Shown here piece after piece: positions 23,700 to 32,873 of a stretch of 64,000 nucleotides of DNA (the stretch's first letter is position 1; each line of letters begins with the position of its first letter). Below the pieces are notes generated by a model. It was given only the letters and a program-made list of their open reading frames with translations. It had not been told where the DNA came from and did not search any database. Source of the DNA: Paramoeba atlantica (lineage: Eukaryota; Protista; Discosea); contig CDRNVI010000017.1 of assembly GCA_977017575.1 (NCBI GenBank), positions 1 to 64,000 of the forward strand, in the 5' to 3' direction. Position numbers and translations under genes: made by a program.

Positions 23700-23735
23700 A
23701 ATTATTTTTCTTTCCCTATTTCTTTTATCCGGACA

Positions 23736-26700
23736 ATGAGGGAGGCTGATTCATGCGGCTCGACGACGATACGAGAAGATGACCTTTTTGCCCAAGAGGA
23801 GAAAACACACACGCCAGGCTCCTGGGACCAGTTTGAGGGTAATCAGCATCTTATCGCTGCAACTAGTACATACGATGAATCCCTCTACACGACGCCCATA
23901 CCAGAAAATATTACACCAGCCTGGCAAGACAAAATGGAAACGGCACTACAATCTTTGCACCGAGAGAAGCAGACACCTGACACGGGGATGATTTTATCGG
24001 CAGACGAAGAGAGAAATCATTCCAGCGTATCAAGAGACTGTGCCCCCAATACGTCTGGCAAAGGTCAAGAAGTAACAAGCCAAACCCCAGAGCGGTACGA
24101 ACCACATTCCATGGCCACAGCGAGGCTTCTCCCACGAAAAAGCCCTCTTTCTAGCCAAAAGTCGACGCCCAAAATTTTCGAGAGAGGGGTTAGTAAAGAT
24201 TCCAAGACTCGCCAACCAGCTAGACGAGACACAATGAGACGTCGCACCTGTCCAGTCGAAGTGTGCAACTGGAGCACCGCATCACACGGAGGGAAGTGGC
24301 AGGCCTACTACCATCACGTCGCAAGCCAACATAGCGATACTGTGCCTTCGGAATGGTGGGAAAAAGAAGGACGTTTCTTATGCCCCTCATGCGGCAAGCA
24401 CTATGATCACAATAAAAAAGCTTCCCATGAGGAAAAATGTCAAGACTCCTTGGGCTCTTACACCTCGTCGCTAACCTGTGAGCCAGAAACCGAAGAGGCT
24501 TCCATTTCCCAAATTTACAAGGATTCGCTCCCGTCTCTTGATTGTGTCTGCTCTTACGCCATCAACACATGCAAAGATGTACCATTCCGATGCAGACAAC
24601 AGTGGGCCTCCGTTTTGACTCAAACAATGGCTGCAGTGGTTAGAGAGAACTCGGTTGAGGCCTGGACACGCTTAGCGATGCTCCCAAAATGTGTCCTGCC
24701 CGCGCCCAAAAGAGGGGGACGAAAAGGAAATTCGTCCTATACCACGAAAACGAGCCAACGCATGGATCGCTGGGAATCCAGGGAATACGCGGCACTGTGG
24801 AACGAATCTGTTGCGCAAATGGTAAAGAAGCGGGAGAGGAGCGATGATGAGGAAGTGGACGAGTCCGGCAAGGCGGCGAAACGAGCCGAGTTGCTGGCCA
24901 GACAAGGGGAGTTTTCCCGTGCGATGGCAGCCCTTACAGCAGCACCGATGGCACCTGAATCCGAAGAAACTTACGAAAAACTCCAATCGAAGCACCCAGG
25001 TAGATTGCCTTTATCATCTTCCGTCACATTCCGACCCATAGAAGGAGAGCCTTTACATCTATCCGAAGGCGAAGTTGAAAAGGCACTACGCAGTTTCCGG
25101 CGCGGAACATCGGCTGGCACCATGGGCCTCCGCCCTGAGCATCTCCAGAGCGCCTTAGCAGCACACCCTGATGACAAGGTACAGCCGCTTTTCTATCTCA
25201 AGGAAGTCATGAACCTCTTGCTGTCCGGGAAAGGTTGTCTCCAAGTCCAGAAGTTCTTCGGCGGCGCCAGACTATGTGCCTTAGAAAAAGGAGAAAATGA
25301 TGTCCGTCCTATTGCTGCCGGCGAAACAATAAGGCGACTTGTGAGCAAAGCGGCCTGCTCCGCAGTAAAGGAAAAGGCAAGCAAACTACTCTGGCCTCAT
25401 CAATACGGAGTCGCAACACCTGCAGGGGCCGAACGCCTGATCCACCTGTGTAGGCACGTGATGGCCTCTCAGGCGGGAAGTTCTGATTTCACGCTATGTA
25501 AAGTGGATCTGCGAAATGCCTTTAACAACATCTCAAGAACTGCCTTTGCTGCACTTACGAGGGAGCACTTCCCGGAGCTCTCCCCGTGGGTTGAATGGTG
25601 TTACACCACCGAGAGTATTCTCACTTACGGTTTCCGTCAGATTTCTTCAAAGGAGGGTGTGCAACAAGGGGATCCGTTGGGTCCTTTACTTTTTTCCCTC
25701 GTCATGCAAATGGTTACTACCGAGATAGATCGACAACTTCCTGGTCTTCTTAAGCTTAATCTGTGGTATTTGGATGACGGCATTCTCGGGGGGAAGGCTC
25801 AAGACGTCAGACGAGCTTTAGACATCATCGAACGAGTCGGCCCACAGTGGGGCATCTTCCTAAACGCCAACAAGTGCGAGGCGATCACACATCCTGAATC
25901 CGCCGAACACCTGGACAGCTTCGGCAACATCCCGACGACTAAAAAGACAAGCGAGGGAAATTTTTCAATTTTAGGTAGCCCTGTAGGAACGACTGATTTC
26001 TGCACAGAATTTCTCCGTGAACACACCCTGTTGCCTGCTGAAGAATCCCTAGCCGCGATCGAATACATGGAAGACCCGCAAGTTTCCCTCGCACTCATCC
26101 GACAATGTGCTGGTTTCAGCCAAATGGCATATTCTCTTAGAACCACACCCACCAATTCCGTCCATGAGCTATGCGAAGAACTTGACACAGCAATACTACA
26201 TACCACGGAACGCTCTATATGTCCTTTAAATGAAGATGCTGCCGCACAAGTACAACGTCCAAAATCTTACGGTGGATTCGGGCTGCGCTCTTCAGCGATG
26301 CATGCCTCATCGGCGTACGTTTCCTCAGTCTCTTTCGCAGCGGATAAGGACAACTGGAACTCCCTCGACGCAAAAGATTTTGCTGATGCAGTACTGGACG
26401 TCAATTCACGAGCGGGCACCAGCGTCCTGGAAGAGAAAACCGGTCTAATTTCCCCTCAGCACGCTTCCTCTCTCTCTCACCTCAAAAAAGTACTGGGTCT
26501 CCGTGGATCAAAACGACCTCTCCCGGCGAATCTTCCCGTAGCACCACCCGGAGACACGACGACCCCTTACTTTGAACAAACGAAACTCGACCACGAGTTT
26601 TCATCTTCCAACGACCGAGTCGCACGCCAAAAGGTGCTCAGCCGTGCAATTTCTTCCCGCGAGTACACCGATGCATATCAGAAAGCTGATCCTCAAACGA

Positions 26701-27575
26701 GGGCACGTTGGATATCTCAATCTGGAAAAGGGGCAGGTGACTGGCTGTTTGTCACGCCCTCCAGGGAAAAGGGGCACGCCTTTACTAAAACGGAGTTCCG
26801 CACCCTGTGCACCTGGTGGCTAGGACAAAAAGTATATCCAGAAACACACCCCTGTCCCGTCTCAGGCTGCACGCTTCCGATGGGACCACAAGGAGACCAC
26901 GCATTGGTCTGTAAACACGACTACGGGATCTCTGCGAGGCATAATGCCTTGGCCCTCCAGTTCTTTGACGTTTGTCAAAAGGCCAATTTGTCTCCGAAAA
27001 GGGAGCACAGCCTCGGCAACAGAGGTCCAGGGGGGGCACTCACAAGACCAGGGGATGTGTTCCTTCCGAGCTACACGCTCGGTAAAGGCCTTGTCTTTGA
27101 TTTTGCGGTGACCCACGTCCAGCAACAGAAATATACGGACCTGGTCCGTTCTGCTGGCATGGTAGCTGCAGGGGCCTTCGCAGAGAAATATGCAACGAAC
27201 CACAAGCGTGGACAAAGGCAAGAGGCTATAGAGGCCGGGCATGATTTCACCGCCATGGTAGTGGAATCGTACGGATCATGGAGTCCGACGTCCCTCCATA
27301 TGCTGAAGAAGATCGCGGGAAAAAGAGCCGCAACATGTAAGGGTGATATGTCCGAGCAAGCGTCAATGTTTTTTCTTCTCCAGGACATGAACGTTACGCT
27401 CATGCGGTCTCAGGCACGAATGCTTGTAAGACGCATGGCAGACGTGTATATCCATGCCAGTCTCGCTTTACTGCACGAGGCACCCTCTGACACCACACCA
27501 AATCGTGCCAGCTGCGGACCGGCAGGAGCGATCGAGCCTACAGTGCCTATTCTCACGCCTCGCCTTCGTGAGTGA
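23736..27575 (+). CDS. B polyprotein (1279 aa from ATG): N-terminal GSWDQF domain, 2x C2H2, RT, CCHC, RLE
   Basis: CPVEVC..HVASQH, CPSC..HEEKC; RPIAAGETIRRL, KVDLRNAFN, GVQQGDPLGP, WYLDD; CPVSGC..HALVC; RPGDVF..FDFAVTH. Confidence 0.95.
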   Translation: MREADSCGSTTIREDDLFAQEEKTHTPGSWDQFEGNQHLIAATSTYDESLYTTPIPENITPAWQDKMETALQSLHREKQTPDTGMILSADEERNHSSVSRDCAPNTSGKGQEVTSQTPERYEPHSMATARLLPRKSPLSSQKSTPKIFERGVSKDSKTRQPARRDTMRRRTCPVEVCNWSTASHGGKWQAYYHHVASQHSDTVPSEWWEKEGRFLCPSCGKHYDHNKKASHEEKCQDSLGSYTSSLTCEPETEEASISQIYKDSLPSLDCVCSYAINTCKDVPFRCRQQWASVLTQTMAAVVRENSVEAWTRLAMLPKCVLPAPKRGGRKGNSSYTTKTSQRMDRWESREYAALWNESVAQMVKKRERSDDEEVDESGKAAKRAELLARQGEFSRAMAALTAAPMAPESEETYEKLQSKHPGRLPLSSSVTFRPIEGEPLHLSEGEVEKALRSFRRGTSAGTMGLRPEHLQSALAAHPDDKVQPLFYLKEVMNLLLSGKGCLQVQKFFGGARLCALEKGENDVRPIAAGETIRRLVSKAACSAVKEKASKLLWPHQYGVATPAGAERLIHLCRHVMASQAGSSDFTLCKVDLRNAFNNISRTAFAALTREHFPELSPWVEWCYTTESILTYGFRQISSKEGVQQGDPLGPLLFSLVMQMVTTEIDRQLPGLLKLNLWYLDDGILGGKAQDVRRALDIIERVGPQWGIFLNANKCEAITHPESAEHLDSFGNIPTTKKTSEGNFSILGSPVGTTDFCTEFLREHTLLPAEESLAAIEYMEDPQVSLALIRQCAGFSQMAYSLRTTPTNSVHELCEELDTAILHTTERSICPLNEDAAAQVQRPKSYGGFGLRSSAMHASSAYVSSVSFAADKDNWNSLDAKDFADAVLDVNSRAGTSVLEEKTGLISPQHASSLSHLKKVLGLRGSKRPLPANLPVAPPGDTTTPYFEQTKLDHEFSSSNDRVARQKVLSRAISSREYTDAYQKADPQTRARWISQSGKGAGDWLFVTPSREKGHAFTKTEFRTLCTWWLGQKVYPETHPCPVSGCTLPMGPQGDHALVCKHDYGISARHNALALQFFDVCQKANLSPKREHSLGNRGPGGALTRPGDVFLPSYTLGKGLVFDFAVTHVQQQKYTDLVRSAGMVAAGAFAEKYATNHKRGQRQEAIEAGHDFTAMVVESYGSWSPTSLHMLKKIAGKRAATCKGDMSEQASMFFLLQDMNVTLMRSQARMLVRRMADVYIHASLALLHEAPSDTTPNRASCGPAGAIEPTVPILTPRLRE

Positions 27576-27652
27576 GGTACCCCAAGGTGAGATAGGTAGG
27601 GATTCGGACTGACAGTCCTATTTCAGCACGAAGACGCCATGGTATCCAGGAC

Positions 27653-27891
27653 GGGTGCTGGTCGGGTCGACAGAGTCTATGCTCACGCCTAGCCCGCGAG
27701 GGCTAGGTACCCCAAGTGAGGTAGTACACGGGTAGTGAATCTCCTCCCCGTCGGCCAGCATCCTGTTTCGCGACCGTGTCGCTGTCGACACAGGCCCGCG
27801 CCTGCGCCCTCCCGTATAGCAAGGGAAGGGTTCACAAGTCAGGCCGTGGAGTGGTCGAAAGACCCGGTCCGGAACGCGCGAATGGATTGGG
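27653..27891 (+). ncRNA. Structured 3'-UTR module, B copy 1 (B copy 2 at 44292-44530)
   Basis: Nearly identical to the type A module despite divergent ORFs. Confidence 0.7.
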
Positions 27892-28028
27892 CCTGGATTG
27901 CTTGTTTTTATTTTTACTGTTTCTTGTTTGTCGTATATACTTAGGGGAGATTGAATTGCTAGTTTTGGGCTTAGAAAAAAGAAAAAGAAAATATACTTCT
28001 GTGGAAATAAAAAAAAAAAAAAAAAAAA

Positions 28029-28191
28029 GACGGCTGCACGCAAACTCAAGAATATAGTATATAAGTTCTAAACACAATATCACTATAAGCTGAGTCAGCT
28101 TATAAAATTATATAGATTTCATTTTCGGGATAGTTTCTCTTTGAAAATTGAGAGAAGGGGGGAAGGTAAAAAAAAAAAAAAAAAAAAAAAA
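28029..28191 (+). mobile_element. Short poly(A)-tailed 3' fragment ('tag') of unknown element
   Basis: ~140 nt + A24; contains hairpin TATAAGCTG-AGT-CAGCTTATA. Confidence 0.6.
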
Positions 28192-28534
28192 GCTCCTCAA
28201 GGGCTAGGTACTCCAAGTGAGGTAGGACATGGGTCGGGAACTAAAACTTCCTCCCCGTCGGCCAGCACCCTGTTTCGCGACCGTGCCGCTGTCGGCACAA
28301 GCCCGCGCCTGCGCCCTCCCATATAACAAGGGAAGGGTTCACAAGTCAGGCCGAGGAGTGGTCGAAAGACCCGGTCCGGAACGCGCGAATGAATTGGGCA
28401 TAAATTGCTTCTTTTTATTATTATTGTTATCAAAATCATAAATAACTTAAGGCAGGTTGAATTACTAGTTTTGGGATACAACATGTGAAATTGCTAATTT
28501 GATTGCTTGTTTAATAAAAATAAAAAAAAAAAAA
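28192..28534 (+). mobile_element. Tag consisting of a partial structured 3' module, distal UTR and poly(A)
   Basis: Begins inside the module (GGGCTAGGTACTCC); variant helix GTGCCG-CTGT-CGGCAC; distal part resembles 17860-17990. Confidence 0.85.
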
Positions 28535-28699
28535 GATTAAAAGTTTACGGATTGAAATTCAGGAGGGATTATATTTGAATAGGGTTTGTTAATAATTATG
28601 TACGTGTATGAACTGTATGCATTTTCGCGTGAAATTGATTTTATTCTTATGTGACAGTAAAAATATACTTCAAAAAAAAAAAAAAAAAAAAAAAAAAAA
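28535..28699 (+). mobile_element. Short AT-rich poly(A)-tailed tag
   Basis: ~137 nt + A28 (28672-28699). Confidence 0.6.
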
Positions 28700-28763
28700 G
28701 TGAATCTCACTTTTTACACCCACATCAAAGATCTCCGATGAAGCTCGGACGCTCAAATCCGCA

Positions 28764-31700
28764 GTGAAGGATGCTCTTTCCCACCAAGGTCGAAACACTT
28801 CCCCATCGAAAGGAGTGACCAAAGCGGACTCGCGCTCGTCAAGGCGAACACCGGAGCCCCGGACATATTTCTCTTCACCGCGACACGCCGCAAACCAAAA
28901 TAACTTCGCTGAAAAGACACAAACAAGAGAAGAGACTCGGGAATGTCCGGCCATGGGATGCACTTGGAGAAGTCTGCCGCACGGAGGGTCTTGGCAAGCG
29001 TTTTATAACCACGTCGCGTGTCGCCACGGAAACGGAGTTCCCGCTACCTGGTGGGATGCAGAAGGCCGATTTCTTTGCAACTTATGCGGGCGCCATTATG
29101 ACATCAACAAAAGGGAAGCTCATCCACAAGCCTGCAAAGGGAACGTTGCGAACCCCCAAATCCCATCGCGCGCAGCACACTCGAGCGACCCAAGCCACCT
29201 TCCGGGGACTCAAACTCATCACTCTGAACTTCCCTCGCTATCCTCTATCTGCACGCTGCGCCTGAACACTTGCAAGGACGTGCCTCCACGTTGCCGTCAA
29301 CTGTGGGGAGAAATTATCACCAAAGCAGCCCAAAACGCAGTCACCGAAAACTCTACAGCCGCGTGGACCCTATTCGCCATGCTCCCCAAGTGCTTACTAC
29401 CCGCCCCACACCGAGGAGGACGTAAGAACCACACAACTTACGCATCATACGTCCAGAAGTGCATGAACCGATGGCTCGCGCAAGATTATGTCTCCCTATG
29501 GAATGAAGCAGTAGACAACGCACTCAAGAAACAATCTGTAGCCCCTACAACCGTTCACGACGAAGAGGAAAAGGCAGCTATCCGAGCAGAGCTTCTAGCT
29601 CGACAAGGCGAGTACTCTAGGGGTATGGCTGCACTCACGGCGGATGCTATGGCGCCTGACGACGAAGACACACTCCTCAAACTTCAGAGCAAGCACCCGC
29701 CCCGACATCCAGACAGTGACATCATCGACTATACGCCTCCGCCCACAGCGCCCCTAATAATGGATGAACCCGTGGTAGCGAAAACTATCAAGAGCTTTCA
29801 CCGGGGTTCCTCGTCCGGAACCATGGGTTTACGACCCGAGCACTTGCAAGCTGTACTCCTGGCGCACGTAGATAACACCGTGAAACCCCTTACTGCCCTT
29901 AAAAACCTCGTTAATCATCTACTAGCCGGGAAAGCACCCCTAGAGGTACAACCATATTTTGCGGGAGCCAGACTTTGCGCGCTTGAAAAGGGCGAAAATG
30001 ACGTCCGCCCCATAGCAGCGGGAGAAACGATACGTCGATTGGTAAGCAAAGCGGCTTGCAATGCAGTGAGGAGCAAAGCCAGGGAATTTTTTAAGGGACT
30101 ACAGTTCGGCGTCGCGACACCGGCCGGTTCGGAACGAATAATTCACACTTGCCGGCACGCAATGACAAATCATACGGACAACCCCGACATGGTATTATGT
30201 AAAGTCGACCTAAGCAACGCATTCAACAACGTTAGCAGAGCAACTTTCTTGAAACTTGTAGGCGATCATTTTCCGGAATTGTTCCCCTGGGCTAGCTGGT
30301 GCTATACGACAACTAGTGCTTTGACCTATCGTGACCACACACTCCTTTCGGATGAAGGCGTCCAACAGGGCGATCCCCTGGGACCACTTTTCTTTTCACT
30401 GGTCTCCTTGGAACTTGCAAAAGAAATCTATCACCAGGCCGACCTGGACTTGCAGCTATGGTACCTAGACGACGGGATTCTCATTGGCAGGGCAGAAGAC
30501 GTCAGGAACTCGTTGGATACAATCGCCAGAGTAGGTCCGCGATGGGGCCTATATCTGAACATGTCCAAGTGCGAAATAATCACCCCCCCTGCCTCGGCTA
30601 ACGTTGTAACCATATTTCCGGACATACCCGACGCCAAAATAAACGTGTGCGGTAACTTTAGTGTCCTAGGAAGCCCAATTGGGTCCCCTGAGTACTGTAC
30701 TGAATATCTGCTGACACACGCGGTTGAGCCCGCTGAAATGGCCCTTGATGCCATAACCAGAATCCGGGACCCCCAGGTAGCCATGGCGCTAATTCGACAA
30801 TGTGCTGGATTCTGCAAATTGGTACATGCTCTACGAACGACGCCCCCGCAATCAGTTATGAACCTCTGCAAGCGGCTCGACGACTTCCTAATGCACGCGG
30901 TCGAATCCACTCTATGTCCTTTGCCTCCCTCCGCACGCGCCCAAATTCAGCGCTTGAAAAGACACGGAGGTTTCGGTTTAAAATCGGCGACCGTGCACGC
31001 ATCCTCCGCTTACGCCTCCTCTGTAGTTTTCGCGGCGGCCACGGACTCATGGGATGCTTCAGAAGTGGAGGGCTTTCTACAATCGATTGAAGACGTGAAT
31101 TCGAAAGTTGGTATCAGTCTACTCGACTCAAACGGACTCGTGCGTTCCATCCCGCGCCATAAATGTGAAGAACTCTCCCCCAAAGCTCGCTTCACCAAGA
31201 GATCTCGCGAGGGAGAAACCAGACATCCCTTTGAACCCGCAAATCCGCCTTCCCTTCCTCGTGACCGCGCATTGCCTCATTCCGAAGACTTTCCACACGA
31301 TACAAACCCCCTTTACGCATCCGAAGATTGCGTTGACGCGCAGCCACCCGACTGGGCAAGTAATAGCGTCCCCCGCCAAAAAGACATAAGTTACGCGATC
31401 TCTGCCACAGAGTTCTCGCACGCATATGAAAACGCCGACGCCCGGACTCGCGCACGCTGGGCTTCTCAGTGTGGTAAAGGAGCAAGCAGTTGGGCGTTCG
31501 TAACTCCTTCCAGAGACACGGGCCACGCCTTTAACCCCACAGAATTCCGCATCCTATCCCGCTGGTGGTTAGGTGTGCCCGTGTACGGGGAAGAAGGTAC
31601 ATGTCCCAAGGGGAACTGCACACTCCCATTGGACATACACGGCGATCACGCTCTCACATGCAAGCACGGGGACGGTATCATCGGCCGTCACAACGCCTTG

Positions 31701-32225
31701 GCCGATCACTTTGCCGATACTTGCAGTAACGCACGCCTAGCTCCCCAACGGGAAAAAAGCCTCGGGAACCGGGGCCCCGGAGGCGCTCTGACTAGACCCG
31801 GGGACGTCTTCCTTCCGAGTCTCTTCCTCGGGAAACCTATCGTGCTTGACTTCGCGGTCACTCACGCCCAGCAATCTAAATACACGGACACAGTCCGAAA
31901 TGCTAGCTGGGTGGCCGCGGGGTCCTTCGCAGAGCATTATGCCTCAGAGCAGAAAGTCCGGCAACGCCGTGAATCTGAAGATGCCGGAAGCGATTTCACA
32001 GCTATGGTGGTCGAGAGCTATGGCTCTTGGAGTGCCAGTGCTTTAGCCGTTCTCCGGAAGGTTGGAGAACGAAGGGCAAAAGCGTCCAACGGTATCTTGA
32101 CAGACGAGGCCTCTACGCTCCGTCTCGTGACCGACATGAACGTAACATTGATGCGTTGCCAGGCGCGCATGATGATTACGCGCCTGCCGGCTGTGGACCC
32201 CTTGCCCCCTTTAATCGAGCAATAG
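28764..32225 (+). CDS. C polyprotein (N-truncated): 2x C2H2, RT, CCHC, RLE
   Basis: CPAMGC, CNLC; WYLDD; CPKGNC..HALTC; RPGDVFLP; lacks the GSWDQF domain seen in full-length relatives. Confidence 0.9.
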   Translation: MKDALSHQGRNTSPSKGVTKADSRSSRRTPEPRTYFSSPRHAANQNNFAEKTQTREETRECPAMGCTWRSLPHGGSWQAFYNHVACRHGNGVPATWWDAEGRFLCNLCGRHYDINKREAHPQACKGNVANPQIPSRAAHSSDPSHLPGTQTHHSELPSLSSICTLRLNTCKDVPPRCRQLWGEIITKAAQNAVTENSTAAWTLFAMLPKCLLPAPHRGGRKNHTTYASYVQKCMNRWLAQDYVSLWNEAVDNALKKQSVAPTTVHDEEEKAAIRAELLARQGEYSRGMAALTADAMAPDDEDTLLKLQSKHPPRHPDSDIIDYTPPPTAPLIMDEPVVAKTIKSFHRGSSSGTMGLRPEHLQAVLLAHVDNTVKPLTALKNLVNHLLAGKAPLEVQPYFAGARLCALEKGENDVRPIAAGETIRRLVSKAACNAVRSKAREFFKGLQFGVATPAGSERIIHTCRHAMTNHTDNPDMVLCKVDLSNAFNNVSRATFLKLVGDHFPELFPWASWCYTTTSALTYRDHTLLSDEGVQQGDPLGPLFFSLVSLELAKEIYHQADLDLQLWYLDDGILIGRAEDVRNSLDTIARVGPRWGLYLNMSKCEIITPPASANVVTIFPDIPDAKINVCGNFSVLGSPIGSPEYCTEYLLTHAVEPAEMALDAITRIRDPQVAMALIRQCAGFCKLVHALRTTPPQSVMNLCKRLDDFLMHAVESTLCPLPPSARAQIQRLKRHGGFGLKSATVHASSAYASSVVFAAATDSWDASEVEGFLQSIEDVNSKVGISLLDSNGLVRSIPRHKCEELSPKARFTKRSREGETRHPFEPANPPSLPRDRALPHSEDFPHDTNPLYASEDCVDAQPPDWASNSVPRQKDISYAISATEFSHAYENADARTRARWASQCGKGASSWAFVTPSRDTGHAFNPTEFRILSRWWLGVPVYGEEGTCPKGNCTLPLDIHGDHALTCKHGDGIIGRHNALADHFADTCSNARLAPQREKSLGNRGPGGALTRPGDVFLPSLFLGKPIVLDFAVTHAQQSKYTDTVRNASWVAAGSFAEHYASEQKVRQRRESEDAGSDFTAMVVESYGSWSASALAVLRKVGERRAKASNGILTDEASTLRLVTDMNVTLMRCQARMMITRLPAVDPLPPLIEQ

Positions 32226-32280
32226 CACGATGACGGATGTGCAAGATGGGCCGCTCAGCCGGAACCCGAACAGCTGGTCC

Positions 32281-32525
32281 GGATGCTGGTCGATGCCGGC
32301 AGGGTCTATGCTCACGCCTAGTCCGCCAGGGCTAGGTACTCCAAGTGAGGTAGGACATGGGTAGGGAACTTTGTTCCTCCCCGTCGGCCAGCATCATGCT
32401 CCGCGACCGTGCCGCTGTCGGCACAGGCCCATTGCTTGCGCCCTCTCGTACAACAAGAGAAGGGTTACCAAGGCAAGCTGGGAGAGGTCGAAAGACCCGG
32501 TCCGGAACGCGCGAATGGTTCGGGG
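32281..32525 (+). ncRNA. Structured 3'-UTR module, divergent C copy
   Basis: Compensatory changes: CCCTCTC/GAGAAGGG, GCTTGC/GCAAGC, GTGCCG/CGGCAC. Confidence 0.72.
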
Positions 32526-32791
32526 AAAGTCTGCCCCTCCTAGCCGAGGGAGACCTTACCCTCCCTGGAAAGCTGGTAAGATTGGTAAGGGGAAGTGGGT
32601 AATATGGGAAAGCATGTATTTGCTAGTTATATATTTTGCTCGTTTTCAAAATGGGGGGAAGTGAGGGAAAGAAGTTGAGCAAGTGGGAAAGTAAGTGAGA
32701 AAGTCATACCGTACATACATATATAAAGTTAGAACTCGTACTCTTCCCCCCCTATTATCTGCAAAAAAAAAAAAAAAAAAAAAAAAAAGAT

Positions 32792-32828
32792 ACTTTAACG
32801 ATAAAGATACAGTTTCTGTACCTTGTTG
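32792..32828 (+). other. Spliced-leader-like sequence at the 5' end of D
   Basis: ACTTTAACGATAAAGATACAGTTTCTGTACCTTGTTG after poly(A)+GAT. Confidence 0.78.
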
Positions 32829-32873
32829 AATTATTTTTATTAATTTGTTCTTTGTTACCCGGGTCGCGATCCC

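Larger units (their letters stand above)
23662..28028 (+). mobile_element. Full-length CRE-like element type B (copy 1), SL-like 5' end to A20 tail
   Basis: SL motif, short pyrimidine-rich UTR, intact ORF, structured 3' UTR, poly(A) 28009-28028. Confidence 0.95.
28700..32788 (+). mobile_element. 5'-truncated CRE-like element type C with intact RT/RLE and A26 tail
   Basis: No SL motif; ORF to 32225; 3' module 32281-32525; purine-rich distal UTR. Confidence 0.93.

Noticed and set aside
23662-23720. Functional SL RNA gene
   Set aside because: No GT donor, intron, Sm site or T-tract terminator after the exon-like motif in any of the six copies
27740-27891. HDV-like ribozyme reading (CTCCTC loop, GCGAATGG end)
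   Set aside because: Could not build the nested P1/P1.1/P2/P3 double pseudoknot by eye; left as an unclassified structure
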